Origin: an uncultured Chloroflexia bacterium
GTDB lineage: Bacteria > Chloroflexota > Anaerolineae > JAAYZQ01
DNA length: 64,000 nt
Reading direction: 5' to 3'
Assembly: GCA_963700285.1 (NCBI GenBank)
Contig: CAVOXA010000010.1
Location: forward strand, 1,728,001-1,792,000
Shown here in pieces: positions 20,763 to 31,741 of this stretch. The position numbers were made by a program, and so were the translations under genes. The notes beneath the pieces are model-generated. The model worked only from the letters and a program-made list of their open reading frames with translations. It ran no database searches and had not been told where the DNA came from. Each line of letters starts with the position of its first letter. The stretch's first letter is position 1.

Positions 20763-21572
20763 TCAGCCTAATACCCGCGTTGCATAGTAGAACATCACTG
20801 GCGCCACAAAGAGTAAACTGTCGATCCGGTCGAACACCCCCCCGTGGCCCGGGATGAGACTGCTGAAATCCTTCACCTTCATCTGGCGCTTGACCATGGA
20901 CTTGGCCAGGTCTCCAAAGGGCGCCACCGTCGCGACCAGCGCTCCGAGTATCAGCCCATGCAACCAGGGTAGATCGACCAGCCAATAGCCCAGCAGCATC
21001 GTAGCTGCCACCCCGCCGATCCAGCCCCCGATGGTCCCTTCCCAGGTCTTCTTGGGGCTCAGATAAGGGCAGCAGGGATGCTTGCCAATGGCCTTGCCGA
21101 CAAAGTAGGCGGCCGAGTCGTTGATCCAGGTCACCAGGAAGACCATCACCAGCCAGCGTGTGCCCAGACCCAGACCGAATGCTGGGGATAGATCCCGGAC
21201 CTGGAGAAAGTAGCTGCCCAGCCAACCTAGCCACAGGGCCACGCCCAGGGACAGTGCCCAACTCTGGGTGGGAAGCCCTTCCGCCGGCCGCAATAGTTGC
21301 CAGATAAGGGTGCCTATCACCGAGAAAGCCAGTACCAGCCCCAATAGCTCCAGATCGGGAAAGCGCGCGACCATCAGTAGAGCGACCATCACAAGGATAC
21401 AGGCTGCCAGAGAGGGGCAATAACCCGCATCCATCATCAAGGACAGAAACTCGCGAGCCGCCAGTACCGCCACCGCCAGGACCAGTACGGCCAATACCCA
21501 GCCGCCGGCATAGGTCGCGCCTGCGACCAGGGGGATCAAAATCACCGCGCTCAGCGCTCGTGTTCGAAGCAT
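20763..21572 (-). CDS. cdsA: Phosphatidate cytidylyltransferase
   Basis: 'SPKKTWEG', 'KRQMKVKDFSSLIPGHGGVFDRIDS'. Confidence 0.95.
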   Translation of the reverse strand: MLRTRALSAVILIPLVAGATYAGGWVLAVLVLAVAVLAAREFLSLMMDAGYCPSLAACILVMVALLMVARFPDLELLGLVLAFSVIGTLIWQLLRPAEGLPTQSWALSLGVALWLGWLGSYFLQVRDLSPAFGLGLGTRWLVMVFLVTWINDSAAYFVGKAIGKHPCCPYLSPKKTWEGTIGGWIGGVAATMLLGYWLVDLPWLHGLILGALVATVAPFGDLAKSMVKRQMKVKDFSSLIPGHGGVFDRIDSLLFVAPVMFYYATRVLG

Positions 21573-21647
21573 GGGACAGACACCTTTCGAGTCAAGGTTC
21601 AGGCCGGGGCGTCAGCCTACCCCGCACCCTATGCCTGAACCCTAACC

Positions 21648-22379
21648 TCAATTCTCAGCCTCACCCTTGACCTTGATCCTGCCATACCGGCGGTCCCGCT
21701 CGCCATAGGCAACCAGAGCCTCATACAGCTCCTCCCGGCCAAAGTCGGGCCAGTAGGTGGGTGTGAGATAGTATTCCGAGTAGGCTGCTTGCCACATCAT
21801 GAAACCACTGGTACGCAGCTCGCCGCTGGTGCGGATGATCAGGTCAGGATCTGGCTGTCCAGTGGTATACATGTAGCTGGAAACCAACGCCTCGTCTATG
21901 TCCTCGGCAGGGATACCGTCTTCGATGATCCGCTGTATGGCCTGGACGATCTCTGGCCGTCCGCCATAGTCAAAAGCCACGTTCAGCACAATGCGCTCGT
22001 TATTCTTTGTCATTTCGATGGCGTCTTGTACCTGCTGTTGGAGGCGACCGGGCAGGCGGTCCAGCCGGCCTATGTGGCAAAGCCTTACTCCCTCCTTGTG
22101 CAACTGCTGCAATTCCCGCTGGATCATCCGTTCCAAGATGCGCATCAGCCCTTTGACCTCAGTTTCCGGACGCTGCCAATTCTCCGTCGAGAAAGCCCAG
22201 ATGGTCAGGAACTCGATGTCAAATTCAACGCATGCCTCGAGAATCGGGCGTAGGTTTTCCGTACCAGCCCGGTGACCGGCCAGTCGGGGCAAGCCCCGCG
22301 CCCTGGCCCATCGACCGTTCCCATCCATGATGATGGCCACATGACGCGGCACTCGCTCTAGTTTGCGTTCTTTTGCCAT
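21648..22379 (-). CDS. uppS: Undecaprenyl diphosphate synthase
   Basis: '[13 protein letters not shown]', 'FSTENW.R', '[12 protein letters not shown]'. Confidence 0.95.
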   Translation of the reverse strand: MAKERKLERVPRHVAIIMDGNGRWARARGLPRLAGHRAGTENLRPILEACVEFDIEFLTIWAFSTENWQRPETEVKGLMRILERMIQRELQQLHKEGVRLCHIGRLDRLPGRLQQQVQDAIEMTKNNERIVLNVAFDYGGRPEIVQAIQRIIEDGIPAEDIDEALVSSYMYTTGQPDPDLIIRTSGELRTSGFMMWQAAYSEYYLTPTYWPDFGREELYEALVAYGERDRRYGRIKVKGEAEN

Positions 22380-22520
22380 CCTCTCCTTACGCTCCCTCCG
22401 ACTGGCGTGACCCTGGGATTGGCCCCAGGCCCCCGCATCCGCAGATAACAAAGGGGGTTGAGGTGGCCCTGAAATGCCGCCTCAACCCCCAACGGTGCCC
22501 TTGACCATATGCACGACTGG

Positions 22521-23078
22521 CTAGATCTCCATGACTTCTTCTTCTTTGCGCTTGCCTATCTCGTCTATCTGCTCAATAAATTCGTCTGTGAGTTCCTGTA
22601 CCTTCTCCTTGCCCTGGAAAAAGTCATCTTCGGAGATCATCTTTTCCTTCTCAAAGTCCTTGAGATCCTGGAGGGCATCCCTCCGCAGGTTTCGTATCGC
22701 CACCCGCGCTTCCTCGACGCGCCTGGCCACGACCTTGACCAGTTCCCGGCGCCGTTCTTCGGTCAGCCTGGGGATGTTCAGCCGGATCAGTTTGCCGTCA
22801 TTCATCGGTGTCAGGCCCAGATCGGATTTGAGGATGGCACGCTCGATGTTCTGCAACGCGGAAGCATCCCACGGCCGGATAACGAGTAACCGGGGCTCTG
22901 GAGCTGCGATGCTCGCCATTTGGTTCAGCGACGTCATGGTCCCATAGTATTCCACTTGCAGCTTTTCGACAAGCGCCGGCGAAGCCCGACCGGTACGAAT
23001 GCCCATCAGGTCCTCCTGCAAAACTTGTACAGACCTGGCCATACGTTGTCCTAGTTCGCCCAAGACCTCATCGATCAT
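22521..23078 (-). CDS. frr: Ribosome recycling factor
   Basis: 'IRTGRASP', 'LTEERRRELVK'; conserved gene order. Confidence 0.97.
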   Translation of the reverse strand: MIDEVLGELGQRMARSVQVLQEDLMGIRTGRASPALVEKLQVEYYGTMTSLNQMASIAAPEPRLLVIRPWDASALQNIERAILKSDLGLTPMNDGKLIRLNIPRLTEERRRELVKVVARRVEEARVAIRNLRRDALQDLKDFEKEKMISEDDFFQGKEKVQELTDEFIEQIDEIGKRKEEEVMEI

Positions 23079-23175
23079 GGTCCAACTCCTTCCACAGGCT
23101 CAAAACCAAGGCTTAGGTCAAGATTGAGGGCTGACGTGCATCTGATCATGGTTCAATCTCGGCCTGACCTGAACC

Positions 23176-23892
23176 TTAATGGCTGATCATAGTCCCTACA
23201 GGCTGGCTCATGATTGCTTTCTGCAGGGCATCCGGCTGCCACAGATCCAGCACTACGATGGGAAGATGGTTATCCATACAGAGCGAAAGAGCCGTCGAGT
23301 CAAGCACCTGAACCCGCAGATTCAGGGCTTTGATATAGGTTATGTGGTCAAATCGTTCTGCGGCGGGATTGATCATCGGGTCTTCGGCGTATACGCCGTC
23401 GACCTTGGTGGCCTTGATCAGCAGATCAGCGTCAATCTCCATGGCCCGCAATGCCGCTGCCGTGTCAGTTGTAAAGTAGGGATTGCCTGTTCCGGCGCCA
23501 AGGATCAACGCCCGTCCCTTTTCCAAGTGACGGATGGCCCGCAGGCGGATGTAGGGTTCAGAAACCGCTCTCATCTCGATGGCGGTTTGTACCCGAGTTG
23601 GCACACCGATCCGTTCCAGCGCGTCGGCCAAGACAAGGGCGTTGATCACCGTGGCCAGCATCCCCATGTGATCGGCTGTTGCCCGCTCCATACCATGTTG
23701 CAAGCCAATCTGTCCACGCCAGATGTTGCCAGCACCGAGTACAATGGCAACCTCCACGTCTAGTTCCTTGATCTCTCTGATCTTGGATGCTACCTGGGTC
23801 GCCATCTCGGGGTCAATGCCAGACCCGTCAGGACCGGCCAAAGCCTCCCCACCCAATTTTAGGAGAATGCGTCTGTAGCTGACCGCCACCAC
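23176..23892 (-). CDS. pyrH: UMP kinase
   Basis: '[11 protein letters not shown]', '[15 protein letters not shown]', 'KVDGVY'. Confidence 0.97.
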   Translation of the reverse strand: MVAVSYRRILLKLGGEALAGPDGSGIDPEMATQVASKIREIKELDVEVAIVLGAGNIWRGQIGLQHGMERATADHMGMLATVINALVLADALERIGVPTRVQTAIEMRAVSEPYIRLRAIRHLEKGRALILGAGTGNPYFTTDTAAALRAMEIDADLLIKATKVDGVYAEDPMINPAAERFDHITYIKALNLRVQVLDSTALSLCMDNHLPIVVLDLWQPDALQKAIMSQPVGTMISH

Positions 23893-24025
23893 CGCCTCCT
23901 TGCCTGGTACCGCCAAGTGCTCTGTCAGAATTCAGAATCTGGCTTTTGGGGTACGCTGTCCAACCATTTTCGGGTGGGGTGGGCATTCTTGCCTTCCCCT
24001 CTTTTCCAAAAATGGCGGTTGCTGG

Positions 24026-24622
24026 CTAGCCACCGACCTCTAATCGAGCAAATCGCCGAACGACGATGTTCTCACCCAGTCGAACATTGCTCAGCTGGAC
24101 CAACTCCCCGACTGTGATCGAGCTGTCTTTGATGAAGGGCTGCTCCAGCAGGCACGTCTCTTCGTAGAACTTTTCCAGTTTGCCCTTTGCGATCTGCTCG
24201 AGAATGTTCTCAGGCTTGCCCGAGTCCTCCATCTGCGCCCGGTAGATGGCCTTTTCTTCCTCGAGCACCTCCGCCGGCACATCTTCCCTGGCCAAATACG
24301 CGGGATTGGCCGCCACTACCTGCATGGCCAGGTCGTGGGCCAGCGCCTGGAACTCGTCCGTCTGAGCCACAAAATCTGTCTCGCAGTTTACCTCTACCAG
24401 GCCTGCTACCTTGCCACCAGCATGGATATAGGAACCGACAAGTCCGTCTCTGGCGTCACGGCTGGCTCGCTTTGCCGCTGCGGCCAGTCCTTTCTCACGC
24501 AGGTAAGCCACTGATTTCTCAAAATTGCCATCGTTGGCCTCCAGGGCTTGTTTGCAGTCCAAGACTCCAGCCCCGGTCGCCTCACGGAGTTCTTTCACCA
24601 TCTGCATCGTAATCGCTGCCAC
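24026..24622 (-). CDS. tsf: Elongation factor Ts (short form)
   Basis: '[16 protein letters not shown]', '[10 protein letters not shown]'. Confidence 0.97.
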   Translation of the reverse strand: MAAITMQMVKELREATGAGVLDCKQALEANDGNFEKSVAYLREKGLAAAAKRASRDARDGLVGSYIHAGGKVAGLVEVNCETDFVAQTDEFQALAHDLAMQVVAANPAYLAREDVPAEVLEEEKAIYRAQMEDSGKPENILEQIAKGKLEKFYEETCLLEQPFIKDSSITVGELVQLSNVRLGENIVVRRFARLEVGG

Positions 24623-24624
24623 GT

Positions 24625-25434
24625 CTAGGATCCTTCCTCGCTTATGAATTCTTCTTCAAACTCAAACTCACCTGAGCGCAGTTTGGCCAGCGTGGCCTCA
24701 CCCAGGTACTTTTGATCCTCTTCCACCTCTTCGTCGGCCTGCACCGCCTGGCGGATCTGAAGGCCCTCGTTGACAGCATCAGCCATATGATTCACCACGA
24801 GCTTGATGGCGCGGATGGCGTCGTCATTTGAAGGGATAATGAGATCGATTGGGTCGGGATCGCAATTGGTGTCCACCATGGCCAGGACCGGTATCTTTAC
24901 AAGGTTGCCTTCCTTAACGGCTATCGTCTCCCGGTGTACATCAACGACGAAAAGCAGGTCGGGTAACCTGGTCATTCCCTTGAGACCACCCAGTCTCCGG
25001 TTCAGCTTTTCAATCAGCTGTTCCAGCTTGAGCGCTTCTTTCTTTGGCAACCGTTCAAAGTCTCCGGTCTCTCGACGCTGTTCCAGCTCCAGCAAATAGC
25101 TGATCCGCTTCTTGATCGTCTGCCAATTGGTCAGCGTGCCGCCCAGCCATCGCTCGTTCACGTAAGGCATCCCACAACGTTCGGCAGCTTGGCTCAGATT
25201 CTCTGCGGCCTGTTTCTTTGTGCCCACGAAGGCAATCGTACCCCCATCGGCGACCGTATCCCGTACCAGATTGTACGCTTCTTCCAGTTTGACGATGGTC
25301 TGTTGAAGGTCGATAATGTGAATGCCGTTGCGCTCCGTGAAGATGAACGGCTTCATCTTGGGGTCCCACCGGCGCGTGCGGTGGCCAAAGTGCACGCCTG
25401 ATTCGAGGAGTGCTTTCATCGTGATGTGTGCCAC
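24625..25434 (-). CDS. rpsB: 30S ribosomal protein S2
   Basis: '[19 protein letters not shown]', 'DTNCDPD', 'NDDAIRAI'; GTG start after GGAGG. Confidence 0.97.
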   Translation of the reverse strand: MAHITMKALLESGVHFGHRTRRWDPKMKPFIFTERNGIHIIDLQQTIVKLEEAYNLVRDTVADGGTIAFVGTKKQAAENLSQAAERCGMPYVNERWLGGTLTNWQTIKKRISYLLELEQRRETGDFERLPKKEALKLEQLIEKLNRRLGGLKGMTRLPDLLFVVDVHRETIAVKEGNLVKIPVLAMVDTNCDPDPIDLIIPSNDDAIRAIKLVVNHMADAVNEGLQIRQAVQADEEVEEDQKYLGEATLAKLRSGEFEFEEEFISEEGS

Positions 25435-25650
25435 AGTACCCTCCATTTGTTTTTTCCTGCAGTGAGAACGTCGCGTCGCACCACAGGTTCGTCCACCCCC
25501 GTCACCCCGAGTGGGAACCGGTATCTCCTGGACACCGGCACTTCCCATCCGGTCTGAGGGTGTGTGAGATAATGCCGTAAGGATCAAGCCATGATAAAGA
25601 CTGAGGCGCAACCCCAGCCCTTGCCAGCACCCTAACCTGATCGGCTATCG
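25435..25650 (-). promoter_or_regulatory. Long 5' leader of rpsB, candidate S2 autoregulatory RNA leader
   Basis: ~200-nt non-coding region with GC hairpins and a possible TATACT -10 near 25658-25663; S2 leaders are known in other bacteria. Confidence 0.4.
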
Positions 25651-25791
25651 AGCGGCAAGTATAGCATAGACCCGCTTCTTGAGCAAATCATCCGGCCGTT
25701 ATGGGCTACTCTACGGCCTTTGTACGGAGTAAAAACTGTTGAGCGTCGGCTAGAGTGGCAATCCGACATCCTGTGCGGCCAGGCGCTATGG

Positions 25792-27225
25792 CTACACGCT
25801 GGCTGCAACCTCTTGCCCATAGTCTAGCAAGGCTTTTACGCCAGCGTTGTTGGGCGCCTCGGCGTAGACACGTAGTACCGGCTCGGTACCGGAGGGACGG
25901 ATAAGCAACCAACCATCGTTGGCCATGTGATACTTGATGCCATCGAGTGTTCCCACGGCCTGAACGGCTTCACCGCCGATGCTCGAAGGTACGTCGTTGG
26001 TCAGCCGAGCTACCATTTCCTGCTTTGCCACGGGATGGCGTAGACGCAGATCAGCACGGGCGTAACAAGCCGGACCTGCTACCTGCTGCAGGTCTGCGAT
26101 CAGTTCGTGAAGTGGGACTCCCGCCTCGGCAATGATTTCCAGCAGTAGCAGCCCCATCAGTATGCCATCCCCCTCAGGGATGTGGCCCTTGATGCCGATC
26201 CCCCCGGATTCCTCCCCGCCTATCAACACATCTTCCTGGAGCATGTGATCAGCGATATGGTTAAAACCAACCGGCGTTTCTGCAAGGGGCAATCCATAGC
26301 TGGCTGACAGGCGATCTACCATCATCGTCGTCGAAACCGTTTTGACCACTTTGCCGGTCCAGCCCCGTTTCTCCACTAAATATCGTAGGGCCAGAGCAAA
26401 AATGTGGTGAGGGTCCACGAAATTGCCGTGGCAGTCCATGGCGCCAATGCGGTCGCCATCGCCGTCGGTGGCCAGTCCCACATCAGCGTGGTTGGCATTG
26501 ATAGCTGCCACGAGCGCGTTCAAATACTTGGCGATTGGCTCCGGGTGGATACCCCCGAAGCCAGGGTTCATTTCACCTCGAATCTCCTGCACCTGGCAGC
26601 GGCTGCGAGACAGCATCTCCCCAATGCAGCCTCTGCCCGAGCCGTACATGGCGTCAGCCACCACGCGCAACTCGCCACTGGAAATCACATCCAGGTCTAC
26701 CAACCCGCCAAGATGCTCATAGTAGGCCCAAGCCGGATCGAAGCGTTGGATCAAGCCTTGATCCAACGCGTGCTGGTAGTCCATGATGTTCGGGCCCCGC
26801 GCTTGAGCCTCCGCTTCTTCCAGATAATGTTCTATGCGCGTAGCTTGCTGCGGCAGGGCAGCCCCGCCATATGCTGCTTTGAGCTTCAGACCATTGTAGC
26901 GAGGAGGATTATGGCTGGCCGTGATCATGATACCCGCGGCGGCCTTTTTATGGACCACGCTGTACGAGATGGCAGGTGTGGGCGCATCAGCACGAGTCAG
27001 CCAGGCGACGATACCATTGCCAGCCATGACCCGCGCCACTTCGGTAGCATACCGATCCGAGAGGAACCGGGTATCATATCCAATGACTACTTCCAGGTCG
27101 CGTCCATTGTTGCCCTCTCTGCGTACATAATCAGCGATCGCCTGGGCTACCAGGCGCAGATTGTTGTAGGTGAATGTATCAGAGATGACGGCTCGCCAAC
27201 CGTCGGTGCCAAACTTGATGCTCAT
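25792..27225 (-). CDS. Phosphoglucomutase/phosphomannomutase
   Basis: 'FGTDGWR', 'ITASHNP', 'DGDGDR', 'GEESGG', 'RPSGTEP'. Confidence 0.93.
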   Translation of the reverse strand: MSIKFGTDGWRAVISDTFTYNNLRLVAQAIADYVRREGNNGRDLEVVIGYDTRFLSDRYATEVARVMAGNGIVAWLTRADAPTPAISYSVVHKKAAAGIMITASHNPPRYNGLKLKAAYGGAALPQQATRIEHYLEEAEAQARGPNIMDYQHALDQGLIQRFDPAWAYYEHLGGLVDLDVISSGELRVVADAMYGSGRGCIGEMLSRSRCQVQEIRGEMNPGFGGIHPEPIAKYLNALVAAINANHADVGLATDGDGDRIGAMDCHGNFVDPHHIFALALRYLVEKRGWTGKVVKTVSTTMMVDRLSASYGLPLAETPVGFNHIADHMLQEDVLIGGEESGGIGIKGHIPEGDGILMGLLLLEIIAEAGVPLHELIADLQQVAGPACYARADLRLRHPVAKQEMVARLTNDVPSSIGGEAVQAVGTLDGIKYHMANDGWLLIRPSGTEPVLRVYAEAPNNAGVKALLDYGQEVAASV

Positions 27226-27324
27226 CGTATTCTATCTCCTCGTGACAAGAGTTCTCGAGTAGCCAGTACCAGATACCGGCCCAAGCTGATCCTGGGATCT
27301 TGGGTGTTGGGCTGACGGTACGGA

Positions 27325-28680
27325 CTATTGGGCGCTCTCAATAGCTTGGGAGGCAGCTTCCTCAGGAGTTGCTGAACCTGCGAGTACGTCTTCCACAGCC
27401 TGCTGCAGCAAGCCAGCAGTCAGGGTATAGTTGGGTATCGCCGGACGGGGTCGGACCGTCAGCAGTTGCTGGTGAGCAAATGGGGTATAGCTGTCGCCCC
27501 GATCCCAACGGACCAGCGCAGCCTGGCGTGTGGGCAGATAGCTGGTGGCTCGATTCAGCGCCGCGTTTGTTTCGGGGGACATCAGCCGTACCATCCAATC
27601 AATAGCAGCGGCCTGGTGTGCGGGCTCGGTCGCGATCAGAACCAGGCCCCACCCCTTGCTGATGGCCGGCGCCCCACCGTTGATTGCAGGAATCGATGCC
27701 GCAGCAGAGCCTGGTGAAAGGTCGCCATCCTCCAGATACTGGTGGGAGCTAACATGCGTCATGGCTGCCTGGCCTTCGAGGTAATCGTGCCAGGACTCAT
27801 CAGTGGTGTGATAGTCCAGGATCTCTGCCGGAAATATGCCCCGAGAGGACCCATCCTGGTAGTATTGAAGTACAGCCGTGAGGCTCTCGGCCTCCAAAAA
27901 TGGAGCGTCGGGATCATCTTGGGAGGGCCAGGACCGGAGGGAAAGGTACTGGATCAAGAATGCATCGTTGACTTGCCCCGCCTGCCCGCCGGCAGGAAAG
28001 GTGTAAGGACCAGGATTGCTGAGCACCCCTGGCCAGGAGCTGGGTGGAACTGCCATCTTGCCCGTGTCGTACGCCAGGTGCTCCAGATCTGCTTGAATCT
28101 GCAAGCCGTACAAGTGACCGTCAAAAGTAGCTGCATCCCTGGCAAAGGGGTATAGGTCAGACACCAGATCAGCCGGCAGTAACTCATCAAGAGACTGGGC
28201 CAAGTCCGCCTGCACAGCCGTGTGCAGTTCGTCCACATCCATGATCACCAGATCAGGCAGAAGCTGGGGCACAACCGCTTGTGTGTTCAGCAGAAAATCG
28301 AGGATCCCCCCTTTGCCATAAGGCTTTTTAACAACGAATTGAAGCCGAGTATCGGGACGGGCTGCCTCAAATGCAGCGGCTTCCTGGGACAGTATCAAAC
28401 CGCTGGTCACGACCTGGGTGGGCGAGAATGCTTCGGTGGTCCAGATCGTCAAGGTGATGACAGATGGGGTCGGCGGAGCCGCATCTGTGGGCGCGGAGGT
28501 CGGCTGGGGAATCGCTGGCGTGCCCGTCGCCAGCTCGGGCTGCTCGGCAGTCTGCGTGGGTAGAAAATTGCAGCTGGCGAGCAAGGCGATAGCTGTGGCC
28601 GACAACAGGAGGATGGCAATCAATATCCCCGACCACTGCCTGGCCTCAGAAGCGTGGGAGGAGTCTCGCATGATTCTCAT
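27325..28680 (-). CDS. Extracellular solute-binding lipoprotein (sugar-binding family-like)
   Basis: Lipobox 'LLASC', Pro/Thr linker, 'DLYPFARDAATFDG.LYG', 'YLPTR', 'TPEEAA'. Confidence 0.75.
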   Translation of the reverse strand: MRIMRDSSHASEARQWSGILIAILLLSATAIALLASCNFLPTQTAEQPELATGTPAIPQPTSAPTDAAPPTPSVITLTIWTTEAFSPTQVVTSGLILSQEAAAFEAARPDTRLQFVVKKPYGKGGILDFLLNTQAVVPQLLPDLVIMDVDELHTAVQADLAQSLDELLPADLVSDLYPFARDAATFDGHLYGLQIQADLEHLAYDTGKMAVPPSSWPGVLSNPGPYTFPAGGQAGQVNDAFLIQYLSLRSWPSQDDPDAPFLEAESLTAVLQYYQDGSSRGIFPAEILDYHTTDESWHDYLEGQAAMTHVSSHQYLEDGDLSPGSAAASIPAINGGAPAISKGWGLVLIATEPAHQAAAIDWMVRLMSPETNAALNRATSYLPTRQAALVRWDRGDSYTPFAHQQLLTVRPRPAIPNYTLTAGLLQQAVEDVLAGSATPEEAASQAIESAQ

Positions 28681-29969
28681 AGGCAGAGAGTCTGATCGCG
28701 GCCAGGTCCGATCCCGATGTAGGATGCCGGGATACCAGTTTGTTCCTCAATACGCTGCACATAGTCCCGAGCTTGTTTCGGCAGATCAGCAAAGGTTCGG
28801 GCACCCGAGATGTCCTGACCCCAGCCTGGCAATGTCTCATAGATCGGCTGGCAGCGGGCTAGAACGGCCAGATCGGTGGGATAGGCATCGACTTGCTTGC
28901 CATCCAGCTCATAGGCCACACAGATCTTGAGCGCCTCAAATCGCGAGAGAATGTCTAGCTTTGTGATTGCGATCTCGGTCAAGCCGTTGATCCGCTGGGC
29001 GTAGCGCAGTGCTACCATGTCCAGCCACCCGCAGCGCCGTGGCCGGCCTGTAGTCGTGCCGAATTCGTCCCACGGCTGCGCCCCTGTACCCCTCAGCTTT
29101 TCGCCCAGTTCCCCGCTGAGTTCGGTGGGCATGGGTCCAGCACCAACTCGGGTTTGGTACGCCTTGACTACACCAAGCACTCGCTGGATGTGTTGCGGAC
29201 CCACACCTAAACCGATCAGCACTCCACCGATTGTGGGATGCGAACTGGTAACGTAAGGGTAGGAGCCATGATCAAGATCCAGCAAGGTACCCTGCGCGCC
29301 CTCGGCCAAAACTCGTTTTCCGGCAAGCAGGGCCCCAGCGATCTCTTCCGGGACATCGGCGATGAATGGTCCAATGCGGCGGGCGTAGGACGAGTATTCA
29401 TCGACCACGGCCTCGGCCTCCAACGGTGGTTGGCCGTAGACCTTCTGCAGGGTGACGTTGTTTTTCTCTACTTGTTCCCGGATGCGCTGCGCGAACATAC
29501 CAGGGTCATGAAGCATTTCCATGGCACGGATGCCACTCCGGGCTGCCTTGTCGGTGTAGGCCGGACCGATCCCCCGTCGCGTAGTGCCGATCGCCCCATC
29601 GCCCCGTGCTGCTTCCGCCGCTCCATCCAAGGCGATGTGATAGGGCATGATCAGGTGCGCTGAGCCGCTCAGCCTGATACGCTGTGGTGATACGTCTATT
29701 GCTCTCTCAGCCAATCCATCCATCTCTGCCAGGAGCTTTTTGGGGTTTACGACCATGGCGCCGCCCAATAGACAGGTGGTGTTGGGATTCAAGATGCCGG
29801 AGGGGATCAGATGCAGCGCAAAGCGTTCAGTGCCCAGGGTGATGGTGTGCCCGGCGTTGTCGCCGCCGGCAAAGCGCGCGACCAAGTCAGCTTTTGCAGC
29901 CAACAGATCGGTGATTTTGCCTTTTCCCTCGTCGCCCCACTGGGCGCCGAGGATTACCGTGATGGGCAT
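28677..29969 (-). CDS. purA: Adenylosuccinate synthetase
   Basis: 'GAQWGDEGKGK', 'EGAQG.LLD.DHG.YPYVTSS', 'TTGRPRRCGW'. Confidence 0.97.
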   Translation of the reverse strand: MPITVILGAQWGDEGKGKITDLLAAKADLVARFAGGDNAGHTITLGTERFALHLIPSGILNPNTTCLLGGAMVVNPKKLLAEMDGLAERAIDVSPQRIRLSGSAHLIMPYHIALDGAAEAARGDGAIGTTRRGIGPAYTDKAARSGIRAMEMLHDPGMFAQRIREQVEKNNVTLQKVYGQPPLEAEAVVDEYSSYARRIGPFIADVPEEIAGALLAGKRVLAEGAQGTLLDLDHGSYPYVTSSHPTIGGVLIGLGVGPQHIQRVLGVVKAYQTRVGAGPMPTELSGELGEKLRGTGAQPWDEFGTTTGRPRRCGWLDMVALRYAQRINGLTEIAITKLDILSRFEALKICVAYELDGKQVDAYPTDLAVLARCQPIYETLPGWGQDISGARTFADLPKQARDYVQRIEEQTGIPASYIGIGPGRDQTLCL

Positions 29970-29982
29970 GATTGTCTCTCCT

Positions 29983-31695
29983 CTATGCACCCACAAAAAG
30001 CGGCACAAAGTCAAACTTGTTCACATCCACCAACCCCTTATCGGTGAGCCTGAGGGTAGGAATGACGGCCAGGGGCAAGAAAGCCATCGTCATCAACGGG
30101 TCAGGCAGAGTGCAACCCAGGCCATGGGCCGCCTCATTCAATGCCGCTACCTGGGCACGCACCTCCTCCAATGGGCGGTCGGACATCAGCCCGGCGATGG
30201 GCAGCGGACAGGCTGCATGCGTCTCGCCACCAGCAATGACAACTTGCCCCCCACCCATGTCGACGATTGCCATCACAGCAGCCCGCATATCGTCATCGTT
30301 GGCACCGATGACGACAATATTGTGCGAGTCGTGAGCTACACTGGAAGCGATGGCCCCGTGCCTCAAACCAACACCCTTGACCAATCCCAAGCCAGTATTG
30401 CCTGTAGCATGGTGCCGCTCAATGACGGCCATCTTGAGTACATCGCGCTCTGGATCAGAGACGACGTACCCGTTCTCTGTCGCCGCCTCCATGCGCAGAT
30501 CGTCGGTGCCTATCTGGTTCAGGGGTACGCCGATGACCCGGGCCAGTCCCTCCCCTGCTGGGAGAGCAAAGTCAAGGGCGGACAGATCTACGTGGACGCT
30601 GGGCTGGATCGGCACGTGGGGTAGGGCCGCCGCAGAGGGCAGAAATGATCCATCGTATGCTACCAGCTCGCCCGAAGTGTAGACTTGGCTTACTTGAACC
30701 GTCGCTAGATCATCCAGCACCAACAAGTCAGCACGATAGCCAGGGGCGACTGCCCCCACGTTGCGCCGGCCAAAATACTCAGCCGTGTTGATAGTAGCCA
30801 GTTGGATAGCTGTCACTGGATCCAGGCCCCAGGCAATGGCTTTGCGCACGATATCGTCAATGTGGCCTTCCGTGAGCAGGGTTTCGGGATGGCGATCGTC
30901 TGTGCAAAAGTGGCAAAGCCTGCTGTTGCCCGCATTGACCAGCGGCAACAGGGAAAGTAGATTTCGGGAAGTCGTGCCGTCTCGAATAAAGATGTGCATC
31001 CCCTTCCGCAGCTTTTCGCGAGCCTCGTCCAGCACGGTACACTCGTGATCCGACCCTACGCCTGCGCCAATATAGGCATTCAGATCGAGACCCGTCAAAC
31101 CTGGCGCGTGACCATCAATGGGCCGGTCACCAGCAGCTTTGATTTTGTCCAGTACCGCAGGTACACGATACAGCAGGCCGGGGAAATTCATCATCTCCGC
31201 CAAACCAAGGACCCGCTTATGGGACCACAGGCCTTGGATATCGGCGGCGGTGAGTTCGGCTCCCGCGGTTTCCATGTGGGTGGCAGGCACACAGGATGGA
31301 GCCATCACAAAGACCATGAGTGGCAGCCCTTCGCTGGCATCCAGGATGTAGCGAACGCCGGCCAGGCCAAAAACGTTCGCTATCTCGTGAGGATCGCAAA
31401 AGACAGACGTCGTGCCATGAGGAACCACTGCCTTGGCAAACTCGGAAGGCTGGACCATTGCGCTCTCGAGGTGGACGTGGGCATCCATGAAACCGGGGCA
31501 GACGTACTTGCCGGCCAGATCCACAGTCTTTCGAGCCTGTTTGTAATCACCAAATCCCAGTACCTTGCCGTCATAGATGCCGATATCAGCTTGATGGATC
31601 TCACCTGAGAGCACATTGACCAATTGGGCGTTTTTCAGAAAGAGATCTGCTGGTTCTTCGCACCGGGCGACAGCGATGAAAGCTTCCAGGCTCAT
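29983..31695 (-). CDS. ade: Adenine deaminase
   Basis: 'DAHVHLES', 'DPHEIANV', 'EMMNFPG', 'DHEC', 'AHDSHN'. Confidence 0.95.
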   Translation of the reverse strand: MSLEAFIAVARCEEPADLFLKNAQLVNVLSGEIHQADIGIYDGKVLGFGDYKQARKTVDLAGKYVCPGFMDAHVHLESAMVQPSEFAKAVVPHGTTSVFCDPHEIANVFGLAGVRYILDASEGLPLMVFVMAPSCVPATHMETAGAELTAADIQGLWSHKRVLGLAEMMNFPGLLYRVPAVLDKIKAAGDRPIDGHAPGLTGLDLNAYIGAGVGSDHECTVLDEAREKLRKGMHIFIRDGTTSRNLLSLLPLVNAGNSRLCHFCTDDRHPETLLTEGHIDDIVRKAIAWGLDPVTAIQLATINTAEYFGRRNVGAVAPGYRADLLVLDDLATVQVSQVYTSGELVAYDGSFLPSAAALPHVPIQPSVHVDLSALDFALPAGEGLARVIGVPLNQIGTDDLRMEAATENGYVVSDPERDVLKMAVIERHHATGNTGLGLVKGVGLRHGAIASSVAHDSHNIVVIGANDDDMRAAVMAIVDMGGGQVVIAGGETHAACPLPIAGLMSDRPLEEVRAQVAALNEAAHGLGCTLPDPLMTMAFLPLAVIPTLRLTDKGLVDVNKFDFVPLFVGA

Positions 31696-31741
31696 GCTTT
31701 GTCCTCCTCACTGTTCTAGAGCGGCATAGTTCGCAGCAACA